Origin: Nymphaea colorata
Lineage: Eukaryota
DNA length: 64,000 bases
Reading direction: 5' to 3'
NCBI RefSeq assembly: GCF_008831285.2
Contig: NC_045138.2
Location: forward strand, 8,742,001 to 8,806,000
The notes under the pieces were generated by a model. It had not been told where the DNA came from. It saw only the letters and a program-made list of their open reading frames with translations, and searched no databases. Of this stretch, positions 63,801 to 64,000 are shown in pieces. The number at the start of each line of letters is the position of its first letter. The first letter of the stretch is position 1. The translations under genes and the position numbers were made by a program.

Positions 63801-64000
63801 TGAATGAAGGTATGTTGCTGGAGCATGAATTGATGGTGCATGCAATTGACATTTGATGCATTTTTTGACAAATTGGTGATAGTCTCTCTGCATTGTGGGC
63901 CAATAGTAACCTGCTCTGACTATCTGCTTGACAAGGGTCTGATACCCTACATGTCCCCTGCAAATTCCTTCATGGGCTTCTTGAATGACTTCTAATGCCT
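57831..64000 (-). mobile_element. Ogre/Tat-like gypsy retrotransposon: 3' LTR (~57831..61875), PPT, 3' UTR and decayed integrase running off the window
   Basis: Minus-strand KPKGK*APNWKGPYVIKE...INALHFKKFYT* at ~62935-63085; UTR homologous to 27400-28190 and 38876-39098; AGCAAAGAGCGGCATC then LTR start at 61875; far end TGTTCGCACCCC at 57831; minus-strand TATATAAAT at 60507-60515. Confidence 0.8.

Overview
Plant (angiosperm-type) nuclear DNA dominated by transposable elements. It holds one apparently intact host gene: a 7-exon, + strand chloroplast-type Rieske/mononuclear-iron oxygenase of the PAO/PTC52/TIC55 family, best matching PTC52 (ACD1-like), at <1..22323. The start codon lies upstream of the window; 539 sense codons plus the stop are visible. 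Intron 5 is 16,336 nt and is mostly a four-layer nest of LTR retrotransposons: a Reina-like gypsy contains a copia, which contains a solo LTR and a CRM-type LTR, into which a second CRM inserted. Intron 4 appears to be GC-AG. Downstream are a decayed copia split by a Tourist MITE, an Ogre/Tat-like element carrying a near-complete 10.7 kb Tekay-like gypsy (TSD TAAAG), an old minus-strand Tekay-like element split by a hAT transposon that contains a 128-bp-arm hairpin, a PPR pseudogene, several MITEs, an unexplained ~400 bp duplicated block, and a second Ogre/Tat-like element with a ~4 kb LTR running off the window end. I found no convincing new protein system. The notable signals are the nested intronic architecture, several DNA-repair scars, the hairpins and the duplicated block. 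All calls were made by eye without database searches, so TE lineage names are provisional.
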